Origin: Bdellovibrionales bacterium
Lineage (GTDB): Bacteria > Bdellovibrionota > Bdellovibrionia > Bdellovibrionales > JAGQZY01
Reading direction: 5' to 3'
Assembly: GCA_965218815.1 (NCBI GenBank)
Contig: CBDCLX010000002.1
Location: forward strand, 2,457,074 to 2,521,073
Length of the DNA: 64,000 bases
The notes beneath the pieces were generated by a model. It saw only the letters and a program-made list of their open reading frames with translations, had not been told where the DNA came from and did no database searches. This document shows, piece after piece, positions 30,943 to 40,938 of this stretch (within the stretch, counting starts at the first letter, position 1; every line of letters starts with the position of its first letter). The position numbers were made by a program, and so were the translations under genes.

Positions 30943-31032
30943 GAGACAAGTATCCAAAACATATGTGAATTGTGTTTTTTTATTGGATTTTACAGAATAC
31001 GGGGCACAGTGATATTAAAGGAAGACTGGATT

Positions 31033-32307
31033 TTGAATGCATTCAAACACAGCAAAAGCTTTTTTCTGTGCCTCCTTTTCCTTTTATGGGGGAGCCCACA
31101 ACCTTCAACATGGGCCAACGACACCACTATTAATATTAATGCGAATAATAACCTCGGAGAGTGTGATGAGTTGTTTTGTCCAGATACTGGTCGATCAGGT
31201 ATTGACGATAAATTAAAACAAATTGATCTTACACCAAAGAAATCAAGAATAACCGTTGATCTTCCTAATATTTCTCAGGAGATTCCATTGGAAAGACCTT
31301 TACCAGAGGAACCAGTAGTAACAGAAGGGACAGCAACGGGACAGCAGCAGCAACAAGGGACAACATCAGCAACAGAGCCAGCAGCAACAGCAGGGACAGC
31401 AACAGGGACAACAGCAACAGCAGAGCCAGCAGCAACAGCAGGGACAGCAACAACACCAGGGACAACAGCAACAGGGCCAGCAGGAAGAGCAACAACACCA
31501 GAGACAGCAACAACACCAGGGCCAGCAACAGGGACAACAGCAACAGAGCCAGCAGGAAGAGCAGCAACAACACCAGGAACGCAGGCCTATTCCACATCAT
31601 CAAACTTCAGAGGGCAACAACAGGCCTCCAGACAGAAGTATGGCAGTCATAAAAGTGACAGAAGTCTCTTAAACCATCGTGGAAATCCCTCGCAAATCAA
31701 GGGGAGTCGTTTAAAAGGTTCTATCCATGGGGTGAGTCAACAGGCAGGAGACATCCACACAGAAGGTGGAGCCAATTCTTATACAAACCTGGCTTTTCTT
31801 AATAAACAGAACAGGTTAACCATTCTAAAGGACAACACAGACAGCAACAATAACACCAAAAGAAGGGGGGGGCAGGCCCTTAGAGCTTCCAGGCCCGGCG
31901 GATCCTTCAGATCCAAAAGCCCCTCTTTGGGTAAGGGTTCCGTATCCCGTTCCGGAAAAACCCAAAAACCCAAAGGTTTCTTTTCAAAACTTGCATCAAG
32001 CCTTGGTCTTGGCCGTTATTTTGGGTCCACTGGAAGCCGAAGAAGTGGTGGTTCTTACCATGGTTCTGGCACCTATAACAATCAGAGAAAAAGAGAGGCA
32101 CTGGCTCAGAATCAAAATAAGGAAAAACTAAAAACCCCTGCGGACATTTTAAGGGAGAGATTTAACAGACATATGAAAAGAGGTGTCGCCCACAGTCTGG
32201 AGTTTGAGACTCCAAAGACCTCTCTTTTCCAAAAAATGTGTGAGCATTATGACCATTACACCCGAACCAATAACATTCCTGACAATCGCAAATACTGTCC
32301 ACAGTAA
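31033..32307 (+). CDS. secreted, intrinsically disordered T/A/G/P-repeat protein
   Basis: A TTG at 31033 gives a signal-like N-terminus, NAFKHSKSFFLCLLFLLWGSPQPSTWA. The central repeats are variants of GTATGTTATAEPAATA, followed by a basic Ser/Gly/Arg-rich tail. The start is uncertain because the ORF has no ATG before the signal peptide. Confidence 0.55.
   Translation: MNAFKHSKSFFLCLLFLLWGSPQPSTWANDTTININANNNLGECDELFCPDTGRSGIDDKLKQIDLTPKKSRITVDLPNISQEIPLERPLPEEPVVTEGTATGQQQQQGTTSATEPAATAGTATGTTATAEPAATAGTATTPGTTATGPAGRATTPETATTPGPATGTTATEPAGRAATTPGTQAYSTSSNFRGQQQASRQKYGSHKSDRSLLNHRGNPSQIKGSRLKGSIHGVSQQAGDIHTEGGANSYTNLAFLNKQNRLTILKDNTDSNNNTKRRGGQALRASRPGGSFRSKSPSLGKGSVSRSGKTQKPKGFFSKLASSLGLGRYFGSTGSRRSGGSYHGSGTYNNQRKREALAQNQNKEKLKTPADILRERFNRHMKRGVAHSLEFETPKTSLFQKMCEHYDHYTRTNNIPDNRKYCPQ
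31318..31590 (+). repeat. in-frame degenerate tandem repeats encoding Thr/Ala/Gly/Pro low complexity
   Basis: Repeated GGGACAGCAACAG/GCAGCAACAGCAG units. The antisense Leu-rich ORF at 31265..31603 is an artefact of this repeat. Confidence 0.8.
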
Positions 32308-32384
32308 CAACCGCAACATTTCTGCCCCCGCGACAGAAGGATAAAAAGATCTTTCCCACCTGACGTGATCCACTGAGGAGATTG

Positions 32385-32423
32385 GAAGCCGCAGCAGAAA
32401 GTTTGTGAGAAGTTCGGGTTAGG
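32385..32423. repeat. solo right end of the MITE-like element
   Basis: GAAGCCGCAGCAGAAAGTTTGTGAGAAGTTCGGGTTAGG matches the right arm of the 30761 copy. It contains the stop codon (32419-32421, minus strand) of the adjacent ORF. Confidence 0.8.
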
Positions 32424-32784
32424 TGGAACGGGACAGTTTTCGATGAATGGCTTCATAGGCTTTATCCAGCATTTCCCTGGCTTGCTGGCCCTGCCGTAAT
32501 AATTCTCTGGCGTAAGCCTCCTCCACTTCAACCATGGAACTGCCCGCAGGAAGTCCGATGATTTCATAGGCATCCCACATCTGACCATGCAACCTGAAAT
32601 AAACATTGAGTTCCTCTTCATAATCAATGTCCATGTTTTTTACCAAAGAAGATCGGGTCTTACGCAGATTTAAGGGTGTGGGCCGGTTTTTTTTGAACTT
32701 CAATCTCACGAACAGCAATGTAAAAGCAATGGCAATCAGACCATAAAATATTAAAAATTTTTGCTGATTCATGGGACAAATCAT
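32419..32784 (-). CDS. small membrane-anchored protein with a J-domain-like helix and no HPD motif
   Basis: 121 aa. N-terminal TM helix (FLIFYGLIAIAFTLLFV). DAYEIIGLPAGSSMVEVEEAYARELLRQ resembles J-domain helix I-II, but HPD is absent. Confidence 0.5.
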   Translation of the reverse strand: MICPMNQQKFLIFYGLIAIAFTLLFVRLKFKKNRPTPLNLRKTRSSLVKNMDIDYEEELNVYFRLHGQMWDAYEIIGLPAGSSMVEVEEAYARELLRQGQQAREMLDKAYEAIHRKLSRST

Positions 32785-32843
32785 CTCATGGATTGACAGT
32801 AAAGAGAAAACTGGTAATACACGGTGTCAAAGTGATCTGTACC

Positions 32844-32858
32844 AGCCCGAACTTCTCA
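32844..32858. repeat. truncated left end of the MITE-like element (15 nt)
   Basis: AGCCCGAACTTCTCA is identical over 15/15 nt to the element terminus. It contains the stop codon of the 892-aa ORF (32856-32858, minus strand). Confidence 0.65.
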
Positions 32859-35522
32859 GGAAGAAGCCAGTTGAAAATGCACCACTTCGACAAAGTTATG
32901 GGTCCTGAAGTTACCCCCCTTGTCCTCAAGATAAATTTCCCTGAGTCCCCAGACTCCCGGAGCAGAACCTTCAGGCAGAGTGACTGTGATGTTCATATCT
33001 GTCCATTCTGTGGGTGAACCTCCTTTAAAGAACAGAGTGCTGAAGTTATCATGATAAAAATAGAAATGATGGGTTTTTCCCGTTGGATCTTCAAGCCTGA
33101 AAGAAATATGACCTGTTCCCGAACTGTTATCCTTCACTCTGATGGACAAATCCACCAGGGTTTCCCCATTGGGGACTTCCGGGTTTACGGGCACAGCCGA
33201 TATGGTGATGGCCTCCACATCCAGTTCAGGGGGGACACTGTCCCTGTTTGGAGGAGCTATATAAACAGTGGTGATTTCTTCATCATCAGGATCCTGTGAA
33301 AAGTATTCGTCTCCGGCATTCAGAGCACGGTCAACCATTTTGATATAGGAAATGCCGTACTGACCTGTTGGAAAATACTCATTGACCTCAAACTCCACCG
33401 TGGCACGGTTGGTTTCTGTATCCACACTCCCCCACTCACGCAGGGAATAAACCCTGTCTTCTCCCTGAAAGGCAAGGGATGCATACACTCCACTGTCATC
33501 CATCTTCATGTTTTCATCAATCTGCCAGTGGGCTGTCACCTGAAACACCTCACGGCCTTCCTTTTGGACTGTTTGTACGGAAAGTTCCATGGAGTCCCGC
33601 ACATAGGCAGGAGCAATCAGATCCTCCTCATCATTGTTAATAAAAAGTTTAAAACCATAATCATCCAAATCTTCAAAACGCTGATTGCCCACCCGGTCCG
33701 TCACCACAATTTGCTGGGTGATCCAGTAACCGTTTTTGGCATTCTTTGGCAAAGTGGTCTGCCCCCTTAAAATATGACCCTCCTTTTTGTCGTCCAACGG
33801 ATAAAGATAGAGGTCTGTGAAAGTGTCAATGGAGCTTTGAATTCTCATAAAGGCACGGGTGGCATTTGTCTGAAAGCCTTCAACCTGTTGCAATTCAATT
33901 TCAATGGTGACCTGCTTGTCCTCGTTCCCCCTTCCTCTGGCATAAACATCCACTCTGTTGATCTTTCCGGGATAATCATAGTCTGGAAAAAGGTTGAGAA
34001 CTTCAAATTGCAGATCCGAACGGATTTTGGTGAGATACTTATAACCATTCATAACATATTTCTCGATAAACTCGTATTTATCAGGAGCCACGGACTGGAG
34101 CTTTTTAGGATTGCGAATATAAAAGGCCAGGGATTCAGCCATGTCTTCATTGGGATCAAGCAAATGGGCATAGGCCGTTACAAAATGAGTGGTGGATTGG
34201 GTTGACCAGCCACTGGGGTCCTGCGGGTTCTTATACCACTCACCCACTTCTATCCAATTGGCTTTTAATTCTTCACTGAAAATATTAGCCCATAAAAAAT
34301 GAGACTTCTCGTGAAGAACTGTTTTATGGACATCATCCCTGGTTCGACCATTGGTAAAAGCCGTTTCCATAAATTCTATATAACTGTCCACCTCAGCTCC
34401 ACGGGGAGCTGCCACGGCCACTGCCTCCTTGAGGACAGGATGGGGTTGTCCATCACGACGACGCAAAAGATAGCGAAGACCGGGAATTTTATAATAACCT
34501 TCAGGGGTTTCAGCCAGAGCCATAATCACTTCCACCAGTTCCCGGGGTTTAAAACTCTGATAATGATCCCAGTGTTCCCCCGTGAGTTCACGGATCACCT
34601 GTCCGGAAACCTCTGTTGTCAGAGCAAATTTATCCTGTAGAATTTTTCCAACGGCTCTTCTGCTTTTTCCATAATCCGTGTAAAACTGAACCAGTCCGTG
34701 AAACAAACGTTGGGAGAAAAAATGACCCACTTTTCCATCCAGTTTCACCATCTTCGGATTGGCATAGTGAAAGGCTTTCGCAGTCAAAGTGACTGTCGAT
34801 CCCTGATCATTTTTTTCAATCAGAATATCATCGGCCAATTCCTTATTTGTCAGAATAAACCTGGTTGCTGAAATGGAATGATGGGGAATGGACTTGACTG
34901 TTCTCAGAAGACCTGTGGCATAAAAACTGGTCCAGGCTGCGTCCCCCTCATCACTGAGTATAATATTGTATTCCTGAAGTAAAACTTCAGAGGCACTGGA
35001 AAAGGAATAAGCAACTTCCTGATTTAAAAATTCAACAGTGTGTTGAAAACCCGTTTCAGAAGAGTATTCGTACTCATGTCCCTTAAGATCACTCTCCCAA
35101 TGATAGTGGAATGAGTCATCCGCTATTTTTTCAAAACGGACAACCGCTCCTGAAACAGAGTCCGAATCAATATGAACTGTTTGTTCCCTTTCGACAGAAC
35201 GGTAACCGGTCCCCGGAGCTTCTGTGGTGAGAATATAGTCACCGGCAGGAAGGGGTTCCTCCATGGAAAACTGCCCTGAACCGGACACCTTCTGTGCGAT
35301 AACAGGACCTCCCTCCACTCCCTGGAGTTGAATATATATGGGTTTATTGATCTCCATGCCTTCAATCTGAATGGACAGGTTTCCCAAACGCTCTTCCCGT
35401 TCAGTCTGTGAACTTCCAGGCTTATAAAGTTCCTCAGATTCAGATTTATTTGAAAACTTCCCACAGGCAGTCAAAGTGCCTGCAAGACAAAACACAATAA
35501 TAATTCTTTGAGCCAAACTCAT
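32856..35522 (-). CDS. large lipoprotein with an HExxH zinc-metallopeptidase-like motif
   Basis: Lipobox LAGTLTACG, using the start at M5 (35522). VLHEKSHFLW (HExxH) with DMAESLAFY downstream. The N-terminal region is beta-rich. Confidence 0.6.
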   Translation of the reverse strand: MSLAQRIIIVFCLAGTLTACGKFSNKSESEELYKPGSSQTEREERLGNLSIQIEGMEINKPIYIQLQGVEGGPVIAQKVSGSGQFSMEEPLPAGDYILTTEAPGTGYRSVEREQTVHIDSDSVSGAVVRFEKIADDSFHYHWESDLKGHEYEYSSETGFQHTVEFLNQEVAYSFSSASEVLLQEYNIILSDEGDAAWTSFYATGLLRTVKSIPHHSISATRFILTNKELADDILIEKNDQGSTVTLTAKAFHYANPKMVKLDGKVGHFFSQRLFHGLVQFYTDYGKSRRAVGKILQDKFALTTEVSGQVIRELTGEHWDHYQSFKPRELVEVIMALAETPEGYYKIPGLRYLLRRRDGQPHPVLKEAVAVAAPRGAEVDSYIEFMETAFTNGRTRDDVHKTVLHEKSHFLWANIFSEELKANWIEVGEWYKNPQDPSGWSTQSTTHFVTAYAHLLDPNEDMAESLAFYIRNPKKLQSVAPDKYEFIEKYVMNGYKYLTKIRSDLQFEVLNLFPDYDYPGKINRVDVYARGRGNEDKQVTIEIELQQVEGFQTNATRAFMRIQSSIDTFTDLYLYPLDDKKEGHILRGQTTLPKNAKNGYWITQQIVVTDRVGNQRFEDLDDYGFKLFINNDEEDLIAPAYVRDSMELSVQTVQKEGREVFQVTAHWQIDENMKMDDSGVYASLAFQGEDRVYSLREWGSVDTETNRATVEFEVNEYFPTGQYGISYIKMVDRALNAGDEYFSQDPDDEEITTVYIAPPNRDSVPPELDVEAITISAVPVNPEVPNGETLVDLSIRVKDNSSGTGHISFRLEDPTGKTHHFYFYHDNFSTLFFKGGSPTEWTDMNITVTLPEGSAPGVWGLREIYLEDKGGNFRTHNFVEVVHFQLASS

Positions 35523-35839
35523 AAAACCCCTCATTATCCCGACATTTTATTAAAGCAAAGCCCATACCAGAATGGGGACAATAAAAGAGAATCACAATGA
35601 GAATCCTGTCAATTCCGCAAACACCTGAATGATTTTTGGACATATCAAAATGAACAGCAATATAAAATTTTATCAGAGCCGATTCCAACAGGAATCGAAT
35701 TTGAGCGTACTGATTCCAACCCTGTCGGCATTGATATCGACATACCCGTATATCACTGAAAACCTACACTCCTTCCGGTCACCCTCCACATAATCATAAT
35801 ATTGCTTTTACCTTTCAGTGGGTGTTATGCTGGCACGTG

Positions 35840-35875
35840 TTTCTCACAAATTTTTGTAGCGAGGCTGCTAAAATG
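35840..35875. repeat. solo left-arm fragment of the MITE-like element overlapping the ampG start
   Basis: TTCTCACAAATTTTTGTAGCGAGGCTGCTAAAATG compares with the element sequence CTTCTCATAAAGTTTCGTAGCGAGGCTGTCGAAATG. Confidence 0.7.
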
Positions 35876-37195
35876 TCAGACGATCAGAAAACACCCAACC
35901 AACCAAATCTGAGCTTCAAAAAAGCCATCTTCAACACCCGAATGCTTGTCTGCCTTTTCAACGGAGCCAGTGCCGGACTCCCTCTCTTTTTTATTTATCA
36001 TCTCATCCCGGCCTGGTTGCGATCAGAAAATGTGGATCTTAAGACCATTGGCCTTTTTGCCCTGGTGGGCATCCCCTATAACTGGAAATTTTTATGGGCC
36101 CCCCTCTTTGATCGTTACACTCTTCCCTTTTTGGGCCTCAGGCGGGGCTGGATGCTTGTCACCCAACTGGGTTGTCTGTTTTTTATGTTTTCAATGGCTT
36201 TTTGGAACCCGCAACAATCCATCTCCCTTATTGCCATCTCAGCAGTGGCTCTTGCCTTTTTTTCAGCCAGTCAGGACACCGTTCTTGATGCCTACCGCAG
36301 AGAACTTTTATCGGATCGCGAACTGGGACTGGGCAATGCCATGTATGTGAATGGTTACCGCGTCATGACCTTTGTCCCCGGGGGCCTGGGTCTTATTCTG
36401 GCCGACCAACTGCCCTGGTCATGGGTCCACTTTATCATCGGTGCCTTTATGTTCATCGGGATTGCCAAAACTCTTCTCATCAAAGAACTGAATAAAGGAA
36501 CCTGTCCCCCCAGAAGCCTGAAGGAATCAGTCATTGAACCTCTTAAAGAGTTTTTTTCCCGTAAGGGTTACCTGACAGGTCTGCTGGTTATTGCCTTTTT
36601 GTTTTTCTACAAATTGGGTGACAATATGGCAACAGCCCTGTCCACCCCTTTTTTCCTCGATGTGGGGTTTTCAAAAACGGTGATTGGTTCAACAATAAAA
36701 ACCGTCAATTTTCTATCCATGATTCTCGGCTCCCTTATTGGAGGATTTGCCATTTACCGCTACGGCATTAATAAATGTCTCTGGATTTTCGGACTGGTGC
36801 AAATGGCCTCTATTTTTGGCTTTGCTGTTCTCAATGAAAGTGGTCCGGTCTTGTGGATTCTGGCTTCTGTGATTGCCTTTGAATATCTTGGAGTTGGATT
36901 GGGAGCTTCTGCTCTTCTGGCTTTTATGGGAAGAGCCACCAATATGAATTTCACGGCCACTCAGTTTGCCCTGTTTTCAAGTCTTATCACCCTGCCACGA
37001 ACATTTGCCAATGCCACCTGTGGCTTTATTATTGAGGGCATTGGACCGGAAGATGGCTTTCTCCATGAAAGCTTTGGAACCATCCAGGGTCTGGGCTACA
37101 CCCATTTTTTTATATTTTGCGGATTCATGGCCCTGCCTGGAATGTTTCTCCTTTTTTGGGTGGCCCCATGGAATGGGAATGAAGACACCGCTTAG
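35873..37195 (+). CDS. ampG: AmpG-family muropeptide MFS transporter
   Basis: GASAGLPLFFIYHLIPAWLRSENVDLKTIGLFALVGIPYNWKFLWAPLFDRYTLPFLGLRRGWML is the canonical AmpG N-terminal block. The ATG at 35873 has GAGG 8 nt upstream. Confidence 0.85.
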   Translation: MSDDQKTPNQPNLSFKKAIFNTRMLVCLFNGASAGLPLFFIYHLIPAWLRSENVDLKTIGLFALVGIPYNWKFLWAPLFDRYTLPFLGLRRGWMLVTQLGCLFFMFSMAFWNPQQSISLIAISAVALAFFSASQDTVLDAYRRELLSDRELGLGNAMYVNGYRVMTFVPGGLGLILADQLPWSWVHFIIGAFMFIGIAKTLLIKELNKGTCPPRSLKESVIEPLKEFFSRKGYLTGLLVIAFLFFYKLGDNMATALSTPFFLDVGFSKTVIGSTIKTVNFLSMILGSLIGGFAIYRYGINKCLWIFGLVQMASIFGFAVLNESGPVLWILASVIAFEYLGVGLGASALLAFMGRATNMNFTATQFALFSSLITLPRTFANATCGFIIEGIGPEDGFLHESFGTIQGLGYTHFFIFCGFMALPGMFLLFWVAPWNGNEDTA

Positions 37196-37489
37196 AGGCC
37201 TTCAAGCTTTCGAAAGTTAAAGGGAAAATTTAGAAAATGGGCTGAAGGCTGGACCTTGTTTATCCAAAAATTCCAGAAAAACAGGGGGCGGGATCTATCT
37301 CAATTTTACAAAAAATGCCTTTTACCGGTATTTTTTACTCTGGCTGTAACTTTTCAGTGGTTTAAATCAGGAAGGGGATCATTTGACCTTCTGGACACTT
37401 TGAAAAGAATCAGGCACACCCTTAAACAGTGATCCTTTCGGATCGGGCTATTGAACAAGATTTGCAGAAATCGTCTTTTTTATTAGGTG

Positions 37490-37666
37490 TCAAAAAAACT
37501 CATGGATATCTTTGACAAGTGTCAAAAAAACCAATATTATGAAAAAAAAGTAAAACTGACTATGAGAAAATCTTACGGTTTTAGGGAGTACAAATCCATT
37601 AAAATAGCTTTATATCATTCCCTTGGAAGATTACCTGAACCTCCACTCATTCACAAATTCTGGTGA
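37490..37666 (+). pseudogene. ISL3-family transposase C-terminal remnant
   Basis: The translation ...EKKVKLTMRKSYGFREYKSIKIALYHSLGRLPEPPLIHKFW* resembles the conserved C-terminal tail of ISL3 transposases (K-x-K...R-x-x-YGFR...). No upstream transposase body remains. Confidence 0.45.
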
Positions 37667-38391
37667 AGAGGCATCATGAAATATGCATTATTTATGAATT
37701 TTCTATATTTGGCTTCTGTATCATCATTGAAGAAATAAATGGAATTGTAAATAAAAATTTCCATTGAGAACATATAGTATAGATGTATATCATAAGAAAA
37801 ATTATTTCTTAAAGTAAGCCCTTCAGTATTAGCTGTCATATAATCTGTTATATTATTAAGACCCTGGGTCGCTCTTTCTATATATTTATTCTGAGCCCAG
37901 TAACACAAAGCCTCTTCCATCAGTCCATTTCTCTTTATATTCTTTTCAAGAACATATTCAAATTTTGCGGACTTAATAAAGAAATGAATGAATTCATGAA
38001 AAACAATGGATTGTTTTGCGATTTCATTCTCAGTGAGAGATGCAAGCTCAGGAGGAATATCCGTATTTATATAAATATCATTGATTGTCGCTACCTCAGG
38101 GTCGTGAAATGGAGAATAAAAAACACCATGGGCAATATCATCAACAATACCGGCATCAATGATAGATTTCCAGTCTTCTTCTTTTTCTATATAATGAACA
38201 TTGTTTAGCTTGATTTTTGGATTGAGTTTGACACCAAAAGTTTCTGTGAAAAAGCGACAGGCTTCATGGTATAATTCCTTTGTTGCTTCTGTCTTTTCAG
38301 GGGGGTGAACTTTTGCTTCAAAGAGACATTCGTTGGAATAAGCTCTGAAATGAAGAATCACTAAAATAGTGATTAGGAATAGATGTCTCAA
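37651..38391 (-). CDS. secreted hypothetical protein with an HExxH motif, in an AT-rich islet
   Basis: 246 aa. Signal-like MRHLFLITILVILHFRAYS. SIVFHEFIHFF (HExxH). Clearly more AT-rich than the flanks. Confidence 0.55.
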   Translation of the reverse strand: MRHLFLITILVILHFRAYSNECLFEAKVHPPEKTEATKELYHEACRFFTETFGVKLNPKIKLNNVHYIEKEEDWKSIIDAGIVDDIAHGVFYSPFHDPEVATINDIYINTDIPPELASLTENEIAKQSIVFHEFIHFFIKSAKFEYVLEKNIKRNGLMEEALCYWAQNKYIERATQGLNNITDYMTANTEGLTLRNNFSYDIHLYYMFSMEIFIYNSIYFFNDDTEAKYRKFINNAYFMMPLHQNL

Positions 38392-38477
38392 TGAGAGTTT
38401 CCCCCTTTTTTTAAGTTATTAAAAATATATCAGAGACAAAATTAAAGTCAATTGCGTTAGATGTTAATTTTATATTT

Positions 38478-40877
38478 TTATATCCCATTTCTCATGTTTT
38501 TTAATTGTTTTTTCAGTTCCTGTAATTCAAAAGAGGGAAGCTGACAGATTCCTTTTTCACAAATATATACAGTGGTTTTCCCATCCATGGCTTTTTTGTT
38601 TTTAACAGGCTGTAAAAGTTCCTGTTGTTTCTCCACTTGAGAATGGTGAATCACGGTCAAAACCTTGTTTGGCCAATACCATTTTTTCAGTTCATTAAAA
38701 AAAGGATCCGTTTCCGGTTCAGCACCATCGGGCAAAACCAATACAATTTCATGGGTGCGGCTGTGATAATAATCCAGAGCCAGTAAAGCTTCTGAAAAGG
38801 AAAAAGGATTTTTTTCCAACATGACACCAAAAGCTCTAAAAGCCTTTTCCGCCCTGTCCCCATAGGAACTGTTTCCGGTTAACTGACTGAAACGCAGTAA
38901 ATTCATAATGGCCACGGAATTGCCGGAAGGTTCCGCTCCGTCGTAAAAGGGCTTTTCCCTGACCAGTAGAGGTTCATAATCATGACCGGTCATAAAAAAA
39001 CCGCCTTTTTCCCTGTCTTCAAAATTTTTTTTCAGTATCTGATCCAGAGCCATGGCCTCTTTCAGCCAACTGAAATCACCGGTCCACTCAAACAGATCCA
39101 GCAAAGCGGACATAAAAAAAACATAATCATCCAGGTAACCCGGAACGTAGGCTTTTCCATCCTTCCAGCTTCGGTAAAGCCGGTCTTTCTTACGCATATT
39201 ATTCAAAATAAACCGGGCTGATTTTTCCGCCTGCAGGAGGTATTTCTTTTCATTTAAGACAAAATAACCGTAAACAAAGGCAGAAATCATTAAACTGTTC
39301 CACCCGGAGAGAATTTTTTCATCCCTTAAAGGCAGAGGACGGAGCTGGCGGACCTGATAAAGGGTGTTTCGAGCCGAAACAAGAAGTTTTTTTGCACTGG
39401 ACGGATCCTTTTTCAGTTCCCGGGCTGTTTCGGACAATTCTTTTGAAACATGGAAAATATTTCTTCCTTCAAAATGACCGGACGAAGTGACACCATAGTG
39501 GTTTTTTATCAGCTCAGCCTGTTCTTTGTCCAAAGCCTGATCAATTTCATCAGGTGTCCATGTAAAATAAAAACCCTCCTCCTTTTTTTCCCCGTGTGGG
39601 TGGTCCTTTTCCGGTTTTGCATTCCCGGCTGAAGTGCTTTTTGTTTCTTCCGGTTCAGTGGACAGGCTGTCCGCATCTGTGGCTGAATAAAAACCCCCCT
39701 CTTCTGACTGCATATCCCTTATGACATAATCCAAAATCCCAATGGCAGTTTCTTTATAATTTTCCTCCTTAAAAAGCTGATAAGCTTCCAGATAAACCAG
39801 AGCCAGCAGGGCCTGGTCATAGAGCATTTTTTCAAAATGGGGGACAAGCCATTTTTCATCTGTTGAATAACGATGGAATCCCCCTCCCACCTGGTCATGG
39901 ATTCCACCCTTCAGCATTCCATTTAAAGAACTGTGTATGGTCTTTAAAATTTCCCTGTCCTGTGTTTTCAGGTAAGATCTCAACAAAAAACGAGAGGGGA
40001 AAGAGCTTGGAAATTTTGGAGCTCCTTTAAGGCCTCCATACACAGGATCCCACCTTTCCCTGACCTGTGAATACAAATTCTCAAAAACCTTTTTGCCCGG
40101 AATATCAGGAGAACTCACAGAATTGGAGGAGAAGTTCTTCTCTAATACTTTCTGTATTTCCTCTCCCGTCTTGGTTACATCCTCTTTTCTTTGTTCATAA
40201 ACCCTCTTCAATTCCTGTAATAAAGACAGAAAGCCCACGGGGGAACCCCTGTCCCCTTTCCTTGGGGGAAAATAAGTGCCCCCGTAAAACACCTGTTTAC
40301 GGGGAGTCAGCCAGACTGTCATAGGCCAGCCTCCACGCCCTGTCATCATCTGCACTGCACTCATGTAAACAGAGTCAATATCCGGTCTCTCCTCCCGATC
40401 CACCTTAATGGCAATGTAATTTTCATTGATATATCTTGCAATTTCCAGGTCCTCAAAAGATTCCTCTTCCATAACATGACACCAATGACAGGTGGAATAA
40501 CCCACACTGAGCAATACAGGCCGGTCTTTCTTTTGTGCCTCCTCAAAAGCCTCCTCACTCCAGGGGTACCAGTTCACAGGGTTGTGGGCGTGCTGTAAAA
40601 GGTAGGGGCTTTTTTCCAGAAATAACCTGTTTGTGAACAAAGCCCATCCATTGGAGTCCAGGTGACGGGTACGGGGACGGTAAGAGGGACCTTTTTCCTC
40701 TTTTACTTCTTTAAATTCAGTCAGAAGTTTGGGATCTGAATGTTTGACACCGGGTAACAATTCCTCTGTCTGATTCATCTGACCTCTTTCAAAAAAAAAC
40801 AAACCTGTCAGGATTGCCAGTATGACAAAAACAAAAACAGACCACTTAAAACGCTTAAACCACTGAAAACAGACCAT
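38478..40877 (-). CDS. thioredoxin-domain protein of the YyaL/DUF255 family, with a C-terminal alpha/alpha-toroid domain
   Basis: [17 protein letters not shown] motif. N-terminal TM anchor. 799 aa. Confidence 0.85.
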   Translation of the reverse strand: MVCFQWFKRFKWSVFVFVILAILTGLFFFERGQMNQTEELLPGVKHSDPKLLTEFKEVKEEKGPSYRPRTRHLDSNGWALFTNRLFLEKSPYLLQHAHNPVNWYPWSEEAFEEAQKKDRPVLLSVGYSTCHWCHVMEEESFEDLEIARYINENYIAIKVDREERPDIDSVYMSAVQMMTGRGGWPMTVWLTPRKQVFYGGTYFPPRKGDRGSPVGFLSLLQELKRVYEQRKEDVTKTGEEIQKVLEKNFSSNSVSSPDIPGKKVFENLYSQVRERWDPVYGGLKGAPKFPSSFPSRFLLRSYLKTQDREILKTIHSSLNGMLKGGIHDQVGGGFHRYSTDEKWLVPHFEKMLYDQALLALVYLEAYQLFKEENYKETAIGILDYVIRDMQSEEGGFYSATDADSLSTEPEETKSTSAGNAKPEKDHPHGEKKEEGFYFTWTPDEIDQALDKEQAELIKNHYGVTSSGHFEGRNIFHVSKELSETARELKKDPSSAKKLLVSARNTLYQVRQLRPLPLRDEKILSGWNSLMISAFVYGYFVLNEKKYLLQAEKSARFILNNMRKKDRLYRSWKDGKAYVPGYLDDYVFFMSALLDLFEWTGDFSWLKEAMALDQILKKNFEDREKGGFFMTGHDYEPLLVREKPFYDGAEPSGNSVAIMNLLRFSQLTGNSSYGDRAEKAFRAFGVMLEKNPFSFSEALLALDYYHSRTHEIVLVLPDGAEPETDPFFNELKKWYWPNKVLTVIHHSQVEKQQELLQPVKNKKAMDGKTTVYICEKGICQLPSFELQELKKQLKNMRNGI

Positions 40878-40938
40878 TGCAATAAAAACTCATACTGTTG
40901 ATTTTAACGTAACCGTTCATACTTCTTGTGTCACCGCT

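Noticed and set aside
31265-31603. A 112-aa poly-Leu ORF on the minus strand.
   Set aside because: It is the mirror image of the GCA/ACA-rich coding repeat of the plus-strand T/A/G/P protein, so it is an artefact.
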